DNA of 63,842 nt, the filler included, from Atractiella rhizophila (Eukaryota), in assembly GCA_021432655.1 (NCBI GenBank). It is 42 parts of 42 records of this genome, joined end to end, with 100 filler letters (N's around TTAATTAATTAA, not from the genome) between each part and the next. Parts side by side here need not be neighbours in the genome. Positions count along the whole stretch, not along the records: positions 52,097 to 53,483 come from MU272993.1; positions 53,584 to 54,970 come from MU272994.1; positions 55,071 to 56,453 come from MU272995.1; positions 56,554 to 57,935 come from MU272996.1; positions 58,036 to 59,415 come from MU272997.1; positions 59,516 to 60,893 come from MU272998.1; positions 60,994 to 62,370 come from MU272999.1; positions 62,471 to 63,842 come from MU273000.1; 34 more parts are not named here. One strand, written 5' to 3'. The position numbers were made by a program, and so were the translations under genes. The notes beneath the pieces were generated by a model, which saw nothing but the letters and a program-made list of their open reading frames with translations, was not told the origin of the DNA and searched no databases. This document shows, one piece after another, positions 52,685-63,842 of the stretch (its first letter is position 1; every line of letters starts with the position of its first letter).

Positions 52685-53583
52685 GGACGCTTTGTCTGTT
52701 TGAATTAATACTATGATGGTTGTGAAACGGTGCATGGACGTTGATATTTGCTATATAGTATAGATGTAACAAGACGGATGGAATTATATTCTGTTTTGTT
52801 CCTGTCATTTGTTCCCTCCACCTCGAATCCTGAAATAAAAGAGAGAAGGCTCTAAACGGTCAGATATCGGAGTATAAGGAGAGGCGAGAGTGGCAGGCCG
52901 AGAGGGGGAATTTTTTTTCTTGTTTTCGATGATCTTGCAGTTTCCAGCAAATGGTATTGCCCATCGGCTACATCATATAATCGGAGCCCGTGATATGTGC
53001 TCAGAAAAATAAACGTAGTAGTAATACGCTTTGCCCAGCGTGTTACACACTACGGTTATTCCTTACGTTTCGTCAAGGCCTAACATCGTATTGTGTGCCA
53101 GGTTAACGAACTTCTCGGCGCAAGTATTCAGACCTCAAACGCACACGGACAGGGTGACATATTTGAGACGATGGATGAACGATAGTGGTGTGCGACCGTA
53201 CACTTATTGAACCGTCTTTCAATGACGCTTCACATCACAAGGGTAGAGATACCTGAGTGGCCTGATAGAACTAAAATTGCCTTGTGCATGTTCATAGCCT
53301 CCCAAATTTTACGTCTCCTGCAAAGCCTTGATTGTGTTGTAAAGCTGAGACCTTGGACATGATACATCTTGGAGATTAGAACGAAACAATGGTCATTTCG
53401 ATAGCTAAGAATGATTGATGATGGATGAATATGGGGCTAATCTACTACTTTTGAACTGTTCTTTCTCTTTCCCTCACCCTCAANNNNNNNNNNNNNNNNN
53501 NNNNNNNNNNNNNNNNNNNNNNNNNNNTTAATTAATTAANNNNNNNNNNNNNNNNNNNNNNNNNNNNNNNNNNNNNNNNNNNN

Positions 53584-54392
53584 ACCAGTGAGGGGAAGAT
53601 CAACACAAACGTCCTCAGTATGGCGCTTAACGGAGCGGTCGATGCACCAGTCAATGGCGGAATTCCTATGTACCGCAAAGGTTCGTGTCCCTGATGTTTT
53701 CATATGGAAGATAGTGATAAGTATGACTGGACAGCGTTCTTTGGCTCTGATTTTATCTTAGCCAATCCAGATAAAGCTTACCTCGTCAAGCGACTACAAG
53801 AAGCAATCGAAGCCCAGGTTAAAACACTAGATCGTTGCATGCGTTTGCACGAGATGCTGGCTCCACCAGAGATGAAGCCGTTCCATCTCACGTTAAAACA
53901 ATGTTTGTCCATTCCACTCCTCCATCTAGCCCATCTAATTGATCATTTTATCTCTTTATAGTCTTCGAGCGAAACTTCGCAGAAGAAATCGCACGCCTGC
54001 CACCTGAACCCTATTCTCCACCCAATCCCCCTATCTCGAATGGCATTGCGATCACAACCAATCCGTCTGAGCCTCCCTCTGCTCGCGCCTCTTTGAGTCG
54101 AAACCGCTCCAACTCCGCCACAACATACCAGAGCACTCAATCAGCCGCCGTGACAGGAGGTGGAAAGAAAGCCGAGAGATCATTTACCCTTCCACCCGTG
54201 GTCACTGGAAACCAGAGTCAAGGTGTAGGGAAGGTACCGGCCTTCTATGAGAAGTGGAATAGTGGAGGAAGCATGGATGGGCATTCAGGAGTGGGAAGGG
54301 AGGGTACCATTCGCTCCGTGACTAGTCAAGGATCGACAGGAGGGAGTGCGTTATCGAGGATAGGCGGAAGCTTGAGGTGGAAGAGAGGGTAA
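53584..54392 (+). CDS. DOCK-family guanine nucleotide exchange factor, C-terminus (DHR-2)
   Basis: LSMALNGAVDAPVNGGIPMYRK|AFF...LHEMLAPPEMKPFH...FFERNFAEEI. Confidence 0.92.
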
Positions 54393-56553
54393 AATAATAA
54401 CAGGATTCTGTTCGTTCAACTAATTAGTTACGTTTTACGATCTGATGGTCGGATTTCCACGTTGAGTTAGAAGTTCTTCTAATGATTTCTGTGGTTAAAT
54501 TTGAAGGGCTTTGTTTTGGACAAGTGTTGTGCTCGATCGTTACTAATTCGTTGAATTTCTGTTCCTTCCCTTTCGTTGACTGTAGTCTGACAAAGCAGTA
54601 TTTCTTGCATTTTATCGTTTGCCCTATTCTGTTATAAGGCACAGCGGATTTGAAGCAACCAACAAGTCCGTCACTAGGCGACAGATCTGCGAGGATAAAG
54701 AAGGATAAGGATCACAAATCGCAATCATATCATGTAGCTCACCTTCTCTTTACCAGAAAGGACGGATTGCAAAGCGCAGTAACTCCCTCGAAAAAGGATA
54801 CGATTTATGTCATTGGGTAAGAACGTTGTGATATGGCAGCTTGAATGCTATTCAGCTCTGTGAAGGGTACGTTATTATACTATGTTGAATTCAAGTTCTG
54901 TGGCATCTGCGCCAGTAGTTTTCTTAATCTAGATGATAGTGTTTCTGTTGTGAGAACAAGTGACACTTATNNNNNNNNNNNNNNNNNNNNNNNNNNNNNN
55001 NNNNNNNNNNNNNNTTAATTAATTAANNNNNNNNNNNNNNNNNNNNNNNNNNNNNNNNNNNNNNNNNNNNCATCTATCTCGCAATTGAGACCTTTTGTAA
55101 TCCAGAGAGGACTCTAGAATTGAGGGATTCATTGTGGAGATGAGAAATGCAGTGTCCTCCTCATCCCTTCCCGATTCATCCACTTACAATCTGTCTATAA
55201 TAATATTCTCTTCGCGACACGGTCAACAGTGGCAAAGTTCCGAAGAAGTCAGCCTCGACGCGGGAGGTGGTTTTCCTTTTATTGAAGCTGTTTTATATGT
55301 TATTGAACGGCTTGCAGCTCACATTTTTGACACCGAAAACCGGTGGCTCTATGATGAACCACAGGGTGAGCAGGATGTGAAATTTGCATGATAGTTATGC
55401 TCACTATGAAGGCAGAAAAACGACTTCGCCACACCAAATTTGATGTAAACAGGTTCCCTTCAAATTTCCTTTAACACACTGCACTACCCCGATCTTTGTC
55501 CTACTAATGTTTATTCAACAATGACCAGAAGGCATCTCCTAATATCGCTGCTATCCCCGACTGGCAATCCAGTGTCATTGCCCCATTTTTTTATAGGCTC
55601 AAATCCCTCGTCATCTTTGCCGAAATGCTCACAATCGAAGATGGTCGAAATCACTCTCAGCGACTCCCGCGCACGTTGGAACACTCGACAAGGAAATGCA
55701 AGACCTGGTTAATAAAGATTTGAGGCAGGCACGGTTTCACCGAGCGTGTTTGTTACGGCTGAAGCAAGCCAACCGCAACTTAACTGAGGTGGTGTTTGAT
55801 CCAGCAGCTCTTCGTTTCCACGCACCATTCAGGCCCGTCCGGAAACTTGGAACGAACACGCTCGTTTTCTTGCGACAATTTTTCGTAAGTTTCGCGACAT
55901 TTGGTCTAACCTATTCGAAGGTAACCTTGGCATTATTCAATTATCACTCGCGGAGCGATCAGGAATCGAAAGAGGATTGGACAATGTCAGCCTCAGCGAC
56001 GGCTTTCGCGCGACTGGGACAAATCTTTTGGAGATGGAGATGGAGGAAGAAAGGCATGGGAATACAAAGAGGCACAATCGACTTTAGAGAATATAAACCG
56101 TCTGCCGGATGCATGCCGAAGGAATGATGTCTCGTGGGGAGTTTGAAAGGCTCTGACCATTCCAAGATGGAGTATACTCGAGTTCAACAGAAAGCTGCTG
56201 GTGAAGATTGTCTCCACGTGATTTCATGAAATGCTTGGATGTAACTAGCTTCTAAAATTCGAATGTCACTCGGTAGTAAAACTGCACAAACTGCATTTCG
56301 CTAGTTTGTGTGACTGATTGAGAAACCTGCTCCTCATTTACAGTCTGACTCCTAAACAACGACTTAGCTGCGAGCTTGGGGCCGGCGCTTGAGGTTCTGT
56401 GAATTTTTAACTATAAGAGTAAAGATGACGGCCTCTACTAAATTTGTGCGCCANNNNNNNNNNNNNNNNNNNNNNNNNNNNNNNNNNNNNNNNNNNNTTA
56501 ATTAATTAANNNNNNNNNNNNNNNNNNNNNNNNNNNNNNNNNNNNNNNNNNNN

Positions 56554-57935
56554 ACGGAAAGTCGCATAGGCGTTTGAAGCACGAATCGGCCACGATGCTC
56601 CGGGATGTAGTACGATTCTTCCCACATCTAGCCAAACGAAACTTCCAACAAATGGTTAAGACGATCCTTCCCAAAGCTGAAGAACCTAACCCTTCCGTTG
56701 CGATCACCAGTATGGAAATACTTGGTCAACTAGTATGGGCAGGGGACCGGGATGAAGTTCGACCTATGCTCCCATCTTTCATGGCGGTCGTTATCGACAT
56801 TCTTGAAAAGCATACATCGAAAGGAAAGCGACTCGCTGCTTTGGAATTGTTGGGGAATACCGCAAGAGCAACGGGCTATGTCATCCAGCCTTATCTCGAT
56901 CACCCCAAGCTCATTTTCCTTCTCCACAACATTCTCGTCCATGAGCACGATCAAGACCTTTGTCGGGAGGCTGTCAAGGTCATTGGAATCCTAGGTGCCA
57001 TCGATCCTCAGAGAACCACTGTATGTTGTTTATCCGATTGTGATTGGCGTCCCGACAGTTTCCACAGCCAGAGGCACGAAATTCGGCAGATCCGTCCGCG
57101 CCACCGACAACAGTAGTTTTTGATCCCTCAGATGAAGAATACAATCAAAGGGTTGCTTTCCACGCCCTCATGGAGATATTAAAAGATTCAGCACTCTCAA
57201 GTCAGCACACGTTCGTAGTGGACGCGGTGATGTTCATTTTCCGATCGATGCGCCAGAACTGTGTGTCGTATCTTTCCATGGTCTGTCGCAACTGTTCCCT
57301 AGTGAAGTTTTTCTAAGGATTTTTAGGTCATTCCCACAATTGTTGCGACTCTGCGTACCGCCCCTCCAGAACAAATTGAATTCTACTTTCAGAGTCTTGG
57401 TCAACTTGTGTCTATCACTGGCGTTTATGTTCGACACTACCTCAACATTCTGATTCCGCTCATCACAGATTTTTGGGAAAGTTTGGAAACTCGCGCAATA
57501 GTTGCAGGTTTTATTGAATCACTCGCGAGAGCTCTCGCCAGCCATATTCGAAGCCATACATCGCGGCTTCTCACCCTCCTTCTATCAGCTTGTGACGGAG
57601 ATTCCAAAGACCCACGGCAACATAAGATCGTCTTGACGGTCCTAAGAGCCTTACCTGCCTTTGCCTGTAATTTGAAAGGACTATGCCACCTAGTTGTTCC
57701 AGTTTTGATCAACATCTTCTCCCGGAAACAGACCTCGACAGAGATAAGAGCGGCGGCTCTGCACTGTGTCTCACAGCTTGCTGACGCACAAGTGGATCTT
57801 TCGGAATATCTCTCTGGCGTGGGTTCTTCTTCGCACACCGTCATCCCTCCCTTGATCATCCTGTAGTTGGTTCATCCATTAGCTCGAGCCGCCAAGGAAG
57901 AAAATCATGACATTGCTGTCGCCGCGTATGGCGCT
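56554..57935 (+). CDS. TOR: TOR kinase-like HEAT region, divergent, internal fragment
   Basis: KRLAALELLG..ATGYVIQPYLDHPKL, REAVKVIGILGAIDP, PSDEEY, ILKDSALSSQH. Confidence 0.85.
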
Positions 57936-58927
57936 NNNNNNNNNNNNNNNNNNNNNNNNNNNNNNNNNNNNNNNNNNNNTTAATTAATTAANNNNNNNNN
58001 NNNNNNNNNNNNNNNNNNNNNNNNNNNNNNNNNNNGAGACTCAACAGGAGATCAACAAGCATTAAATAACTTGATGACTTCGCTATTTCTGTAGTCCAGT
58101 TGGAATGTTAAATATTATCTTGTAGCAACACCTTTGCTCCCAAAATAATCTGAAATGTGTGAGAGGACCGAATGGCTTCTAGTCGTCATGCACATACCAT
58201 TGAGAACAGAAACTTTCAAGCAGCTTCTGCATGGGTTCCACACTGCCTTGCCAAAGAGATAGGTAGTGAGGTTATAGTAGATGTATAATTAATAGCTCAG
58301 CAGCACCGATCATCTTCATACTCCCGTCGCGCGGACCTGAAGCAGGTTGGGTTAGGAAGAGAAATCTCACAGAGAATCGATAAAACTTTGAAGAGCGCAT
58401 ATCGTAAACAAAGGCTCCTTCTCACTTCATTGGCAAAGGCTTTCTCCTTCATTGAAGTCACCAGGATTGTTACGACATACGCATTGTAAGCACGCTTGCA
58501 GATTTTAATCTGGCAGACCAGAACACAGTTCAAACACCGAGTGCCTCCTCATACTTCTTACTTCTTCTTACCAAAACGTAAGGAACTGCTCACATGTCTC
58601 TATCATTCCTCTCCCTCTCATCATCCGTCTAACCGTCGGTCCACACTTACTTCACCCCGTCATAGTGCACTCACCAAGGGGTCGACGTTGTCAACTCTCA
58701 TCGAAAATAAAATAGCGCACTCTTTTTGGTCACGTGTTACACGGTTGTCGATTGCTTGCTTTGATTGCCTTTGGAAGCAGTTTGGAAGGATAGGGAGTGT
58801 GGAACGAAGTTATCATAACTGTGAAGAGGGACGTGCTAAATGTCCCTTCCTGACGATGCATCACAGGTATGATCCATCTCCTCTCCTTGGCTTAATTGGC
58901 TACTTTTAACGTGGTTTATGGGCTACA

Positions 58928-59415
58928 GTGGCATTGTGGCTTTTTTCGCAAGAAATGACTGCTTATCAAGCATTTACCTTATTCCGACAATCTGAAGACC
59001 CAGAATCGCTCGTACTGGTCAACCTCATCACCCTTGCAACATTCAGCACTTCTCTCCAGCTCTCCATTCTCCCTTCTTTCATATCTTGCATACCACAGTC
59101 AATTCACACGCTCCGGATCTCATTCATCTTACCTATCGGATTTGCAGACTCCGATCCTGCCGCGATATACTCGAAATTATCCTACTTCTCACTGGAATCT
59201 CTCCTGAGTTCAATCCAAGGTGGAGTCGAAAACGATGGCGTAGCGAATCTTTGCGTTCGTTTCGATTGGGAAACAGTTACGGTGAATTTCGGGGAGGATG
59301 TAAAGACTGGGACTGCAGTGGTGGATGGTGGCCAGCAACTACCACGGATGGAGCCTTTCACACATGTATTTCCTCTCCTTCCGGAACGTCGCCGTCAGGC
59401 CATTTTCGCTCCTAT
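58928..59415 (+). CDS. Hypothetical protein, partial
   Basis: Open exon of >160 codons after an acceptor site; no family recognised. Confidence 0.4.
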
Positions 59416-59575
59416 NNNNNNNNNNNNNNNNNNNNNNNNNNNNNNNNNNNNNNNNNNNNTTAATTAATTAANNNNNNNNNNNNNNNNNNNNNNNNNNNNN
59501 NNNNNNNNNNNNNNNTACGCGGCGCTACATCTTGAGCCTTGACAGTCTAGGGTTGCTTGGTGTAACCTCCAGACG

Positions 59576-60583
59576 TTACTTTCTTCTCCAAACCGCAATC
59601 TTTGATCCCTTGAACCTCCCCTGCTCCAGTGGAGTCTCCAAACTGAGCATCTCGAAACTCTCGTTCAGAACGTCTTCGTAGCTACCATATTGAATTTTGG
59701 CACCGTCTATCAGTACGTGGTCATGACTGGGGAGGAAGGAATGGACGCACTGTTCGGGTTGACAAAAAAATGGCGGCCCTTCTTTTCTTTCATCTGGATA
59801 TGCTATTAAGTCAGGTATTCTAAAACTGTCAGGAAGATTGAAAGGGATGTACCTGTGGGCCACATTAGAGTGATGAGATATCCTCCTTGGGTGACAAGCG
59901 CGGCATACCGCTTGCCCCAATCTGGTCTCATGGTTGGTGGGAGAGCCACGAAGAACCTGATTAAGGCCTTTAATGTTCTATTTAGCTTGAATGAAGAAAG
60001 AAATACGAACGTGAAATCATATGCGAGACCAAACCCACCAGGGGGGATAGGGAACTTGAAGAAGTCGTCACAGACGTATTTCACCCTCTCTTTTGCGGGG
60101 GAATTGCTCGCGTTTGTGGCTAGCCACTTCTCTACTTCAGTCACTTATCATGCCTGGGACAGAACTCACTTCCTGTGCCTTAGAGACGGCTGTTGGACTT
60201 ATGTCGATACCCCAGCTTTCGATGTCAAGGATGGAAGCGACAAGGAGGGGATCGTACCCCTGAAGAAAGATGATGAATCGTATGAATGCGTTACTTTGGC
60301 CTGAAAGCACAATGCTTACCCTCCCACATCCAGCTACCAAGGCACGTCCATCCCTTGGCCATTCAACTCCAGCAGGAGGAGATTTCAATATAGCTTCGAG
60401 CGCGGGTTGAGAGCGAGCATCGTCCCAAGGCTAGCGGTCAAGTCATCAACGAAACATGTGACACGAGTGATTAGATCGACCCACAGTCGTGCCTTGCTTC
60501 CAGGTCCCATCCCATCCCTCAGCTGCTAGGACGGAGTTCATTCGTTTGAGCTGTTCTTCACGAGGAAGTATTGGAGTGGCCAT
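59576..60583 (-). CDS. SAM-dependent thiol/halide methyltransferase (TPMT family), apparently complete, multi-exon
   Basis: GWDGTWKQG..PWD, RALVAGCGRGYD, GIDISPTAV, DDFF, AYDFTFFVALPP, GGYLITL, EGPPF. Confidence 0.9.
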
Positions 60584-61233
60584 GTCTACAAATGACGAAG
60601 ACCCCAGCTACCCTATATGATATGATATGATGATACAGGCTCGCCTCACGGTCTGCGGTCAGTCGGCGAAACGAGAGAGCGGATTGCTGCGGGATTTATT
60701 AACCAGTGTTTTGGTTTGGACCTTTTATATGTTGCTTTCTTTCTGCGCAGCGAAATTTTTAACTCCGACCGCCTGCACTAATCTGTGGCACTCTCTGCAT
60801 CAATACCATGGCGCCATTCCTCAACCGTCCCTCTATTCACTCTAATCCTCAACCAAACTATCCCTCCCAGCCATTCGTGCAACCTCAGCCTCANNNNNNN
60901 NNNNNNNNNNNNNNNNNNNNNNNNNNNNNNNNNNNNNTTAATTAATTAANNNNNNNNNNNNNNNNNNNNNNNNNNNNNNNNNNNNNNNNNNNNATTGCCT
61001 GTTGGTCTGATTCTCACTTTTATCGCCTGTTGGTCCGGTGGTTTGGTTGTTGGTTGGTGGCGTTTGAGAATGAGGCACATTTCACGATCCCGTCCATTTA
61101 CCTGGTTGTCATCAACCTTTCACCAACAACCTATGCCCCCCGCTCATCGCTACATAGCTACTGGCTCACCTCATAGTATTCTTTTCTTCAAGTTACTTTC
61201 AACTTGATTGAAGCAGGAAACATGTAGATACTA

Positions 61234-62275
61234 GAGAGGGTTAGGAAATTCAAAATTTGACTTTTTTCAGACTCGGAAATTCAAAAATTGCAACACACAG
61301 TTTTCTATATCCTAATAGGTACAGTCATTTGCAAAATTAGTGTCGTTTCTCGCTCGTCGTCAACTTCATGCCGGCCACTCTCCGGGTGGCAAATTTACGT
61401 CATTGTCCGTGACGGCGCAGATCACGTGCATGCAGCAAATGATTTCTTGGACATTCTGTTTCGAAAGAGAGCTTAATAGGTAGGAATGTGAACACACATC
61501 CTGGGATGCACATTAGACCATAGGAATTTGCCTGAAAGACATGTCAAAAGGCGTTTGTTGGACTTGTTGAGTGTTGACGCGTGACCAAAAGCGCCAGCCT
61601 GCGCCGCTTTGCGACGCGGAAGGCGGCCGGCATGAAGTTGACGACGAGCAACAAACGACACTAATTTTGCAAATGACTGTATTTGAGGCTCCCTGGATGT
61701 CTATAAAGTGATTCTGAGGCCGATTGAGTGGATCTTAAGGAAGATATAGCAGCCTTGCAGCATCTGGCTGTAGTTGTGCAGTAGTTTTTCCTGTAGTGTT
61801 CACGACGTCAACCAGCGTCAACCAAAATGCCTTCACCAATGCTCTCTACCACCCTGCACGGAATACTATTTGGCTCTCAAGCCCCTGCTAGAAGCTCCAT
61901 CGTCAACATACTCGAAAGTTGTACAGGAGAGGAGGATATTCTTGACATGAGAAGCTGTCAAACTTTAGTGACCATACAACGGAGAGAATAGTACTCACGA
62001 GAATAGGTATTGGGGGGCTTGCAACGCCTCCTGACCTAGTTGTAGTTGGACTTGATGGCATGTAGATGGTGAATGTCGTTCCCAGAAAGTGCCGCACGTG
62101 ATGTATGTTCCCCTCAAAATTCCATGACTTCAAACAGCTCTCCCTCAGTCCACAGCAACCACAGCAAGAACAGAATTGCAGCTACAAGCTCAGTGACTGT
62201 ATTTCTACATTCCTATTGCATTTTTACAATTTATTTGAAAATTCAAGAAACTTTTTTGAATTTCCTAACCCTCTC
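61234..62275 (+). mobile_element. Non-autonomous DNA transposon, 1042 bp, 22-bp TIR GAGAGGGTTAGGAAATTCAAAA, flanked by TACTA on both sides
   Basis: Perfect TIRs at 61234-61255 and 62254-62275; TACTA at 61229-61233 and 62276-62280; second copy of the right end at 24631-24838. Confidence 0.9.
61322..61679 (+). mobile_element. 358-bp Tc1/mariner-type MITE nested in the element above
   Basis: 55-bp TIRs (CAGTCATTTGCAAAATTAG..., 2 mismatches) and TA on both flanks. Confidence 0.92.
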
Positions 62276-63842
62276 TACTAAGTTTCATTGGTCAGGTACC
62301 TATCTACACGGGCCATTTATATACAGATCTAGAAGAGTTGCTAATGACAAGAAATGAGCTTCATAGGGAANNNNNNNNNNNNNNNNNNNNNNNNNNNNNN
62401 NNNNNNNNNNNNNNTTAATTAATTAANNNNNNNNNNNNNNNNNNNNNNNNNNNNNNNNNNNNNNNNNNNNCAGAGTGATTAGTCTGAGAGATGAGAGAGA
62501 GACAGGAAGGGAGGCGTACTAGGGAATCAAGGCTCCTGCACTTGCATCCGATACACCAGCCACTAGGTATTTCATGCACATTCATCAGTGGAGAAACTAA
62601 TCAGAGATGAGGTGACTGCTCGCACGAAAGCATAATCAACCTGATATTCAGAAGCGACAAGAGCAAGGATGGGAGAATCATACCGCACCAACAAGTGTAA
62701 AGAAGCAAGCCCACTCCTTCCCACTGAATCTCCATCCATCCAGCGCTTTACTCGCCAAACTTCTCTTCTTCAACGAAATATGTGTATCAATCGTGGAAGC
62801 AGCAGCCACAGCCTGAGCGAGAGTCGTAGGGTCCTCTTGTCGTTCGAACTCGTCTATCCCCATGCTTCTGATTGATTTCGTGTCCACTTCCCACCCCGGG
62901 AGATCTGCATGATGCGAAGAGATGGAAGGGGATTTAGACATCCTGTTCCCTCTCACATGAGAGCAGATTCATATGCAGAGTAATGACCCTCACTTCAGGT
63001 TGGAGCTCGATGCAGGAGTCTGAGACTCAACTTGAATCGTTTCCTGTCCCATTCCAGTTAGCCAGGCGGTCATCAAGGGGCACCACCTCACAGTGGACAT
63101 GAAGCAAGTCTTGGATGTGGCTGCTGGAACCTGAAGACCAATCTACGCAATCTACGATTAATTAGTCTGAGCCTGACTCGGAGTCATGCATACTAATCAT
63201 GTCTTCGTCGAGGATATAAAGATGAGGGGTGCGTCTCTCGGAGCAAAATTTGGAACTGATGAGGATCTGAGGAGGCAAATGTACTGCAAGGTGAAAAGGG
63301 CAACATAATTTTCATGTTCGAGTCGTTACAAATGTCGACAGCACGACAGACCGGAATACAAGTGAATGAAGTTAAGTCAAGAGATAATACCTGCATTTGC
63401 ACTTCAAGGACAACAACAAAACAGACGCGACGACCCAAGATGATTGCCAATGCAAGAACGAGGAAAAGAGGAAACAGTGAAACAGAAGCCGTGGAACCAT
63501 AAACCTCAACACTGAAAGAAAGACGGACCAGCCACAGCGATCTCTCTCCGAAAGATGAATCTGCGAAATTGAGTGGAACATATAGCTAATGCAACAAACA
63601 CAAACCCAAAACTAAAATCCTGAGATCCGGATAACACTGTTTGAAAACAGATTCTTCATTTGACCAACTCGAAGAGCTCGCCATCAATTTCTCGAATTGT
63701 CGTCATAGCCGACTTCCTCTCTTTCGGGACAAGCCCAAAGTCATAGATTGACGATTTAGATCCTGAAGTAGAGGGAACAGGCAAAGGAGAGGTTTCGGTT
63801 AAAGTAGGCAGGGATTTGAAGTCGGGAGCGCGAGCATTTTCG

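Larger units (their letters stand above)
1484..62470. other. Artificial contig linker N44-TTAATTAATTAA-N44, 41 copies (first 1484-1583, last 62371-62470)
   Basis: Identical 100-bp linker with stops in all six frames; flanking segments shrink from 1483 to ~1372 bp and have unrelated content. Confidence 0.99.

Noticed and set aside
55521..56217. Possible TET/JBP-like dioxygenase remnant
   Set aside because: No convincing HxD...H...R arrangement seen.
22240..60583. Secondary-metabolite cluster (BVMO, FAD oxidase, methyltransferase)
   Set aside because: The genes lie on different unlinked contigs.
1484..62470. Regularly spaced TTAATTAATTAA repeats suggesting an array or cassette system
   Set aside because: Synthetic linker embedded in Ns between size-sorted contigs; not biological.

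Overview
This window is not one contiguous locus. It is 42 short contigs (about 1.37-1.48 kb, in descending size order) joined by an artificial 100-bp linker, N44-TTAATTAATTAA-N44, so nothing can be inferred about synteny across linkers. The DNA is fungal and probably basidiomycete: it has dense ~45-70 nt spliceosomal introns, microexons and a FunK1 kinase. Host gene fragments include POL3, COA3, a Cdc25 phosphatase, a choline kinase, UBL3/MUB, an SCS7-like cytochrome b5 domain, NRK1, a DOCK GEF, a divergent TOR, two patatins, a FAD-linked oxidase, a BVMO pseudogene and a complete TPMT/halide-methyltransferase-like gene. Decayed transposons include Helitron, copia, gypsy, hAT, PIF/Harbinger, a Plavaka-like element and MITEs. 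No multi-gene system can be supported. The most notable items are: (1) a complete 1042-bp TIR element with GAG..CTC ends and an apparent 5-bp TAnTA target duplication, carrying a nested Tc1/mariner-type MITE; (2) two contigs holding both ends of a Plavaka-like element that rebuild an in-frame Helitron motif when joined; (3) a gene built from tandemly duplicated intron+microexon units; (4) a divergent TOR. All family calls come from motif recognition by eye; no database search was run.
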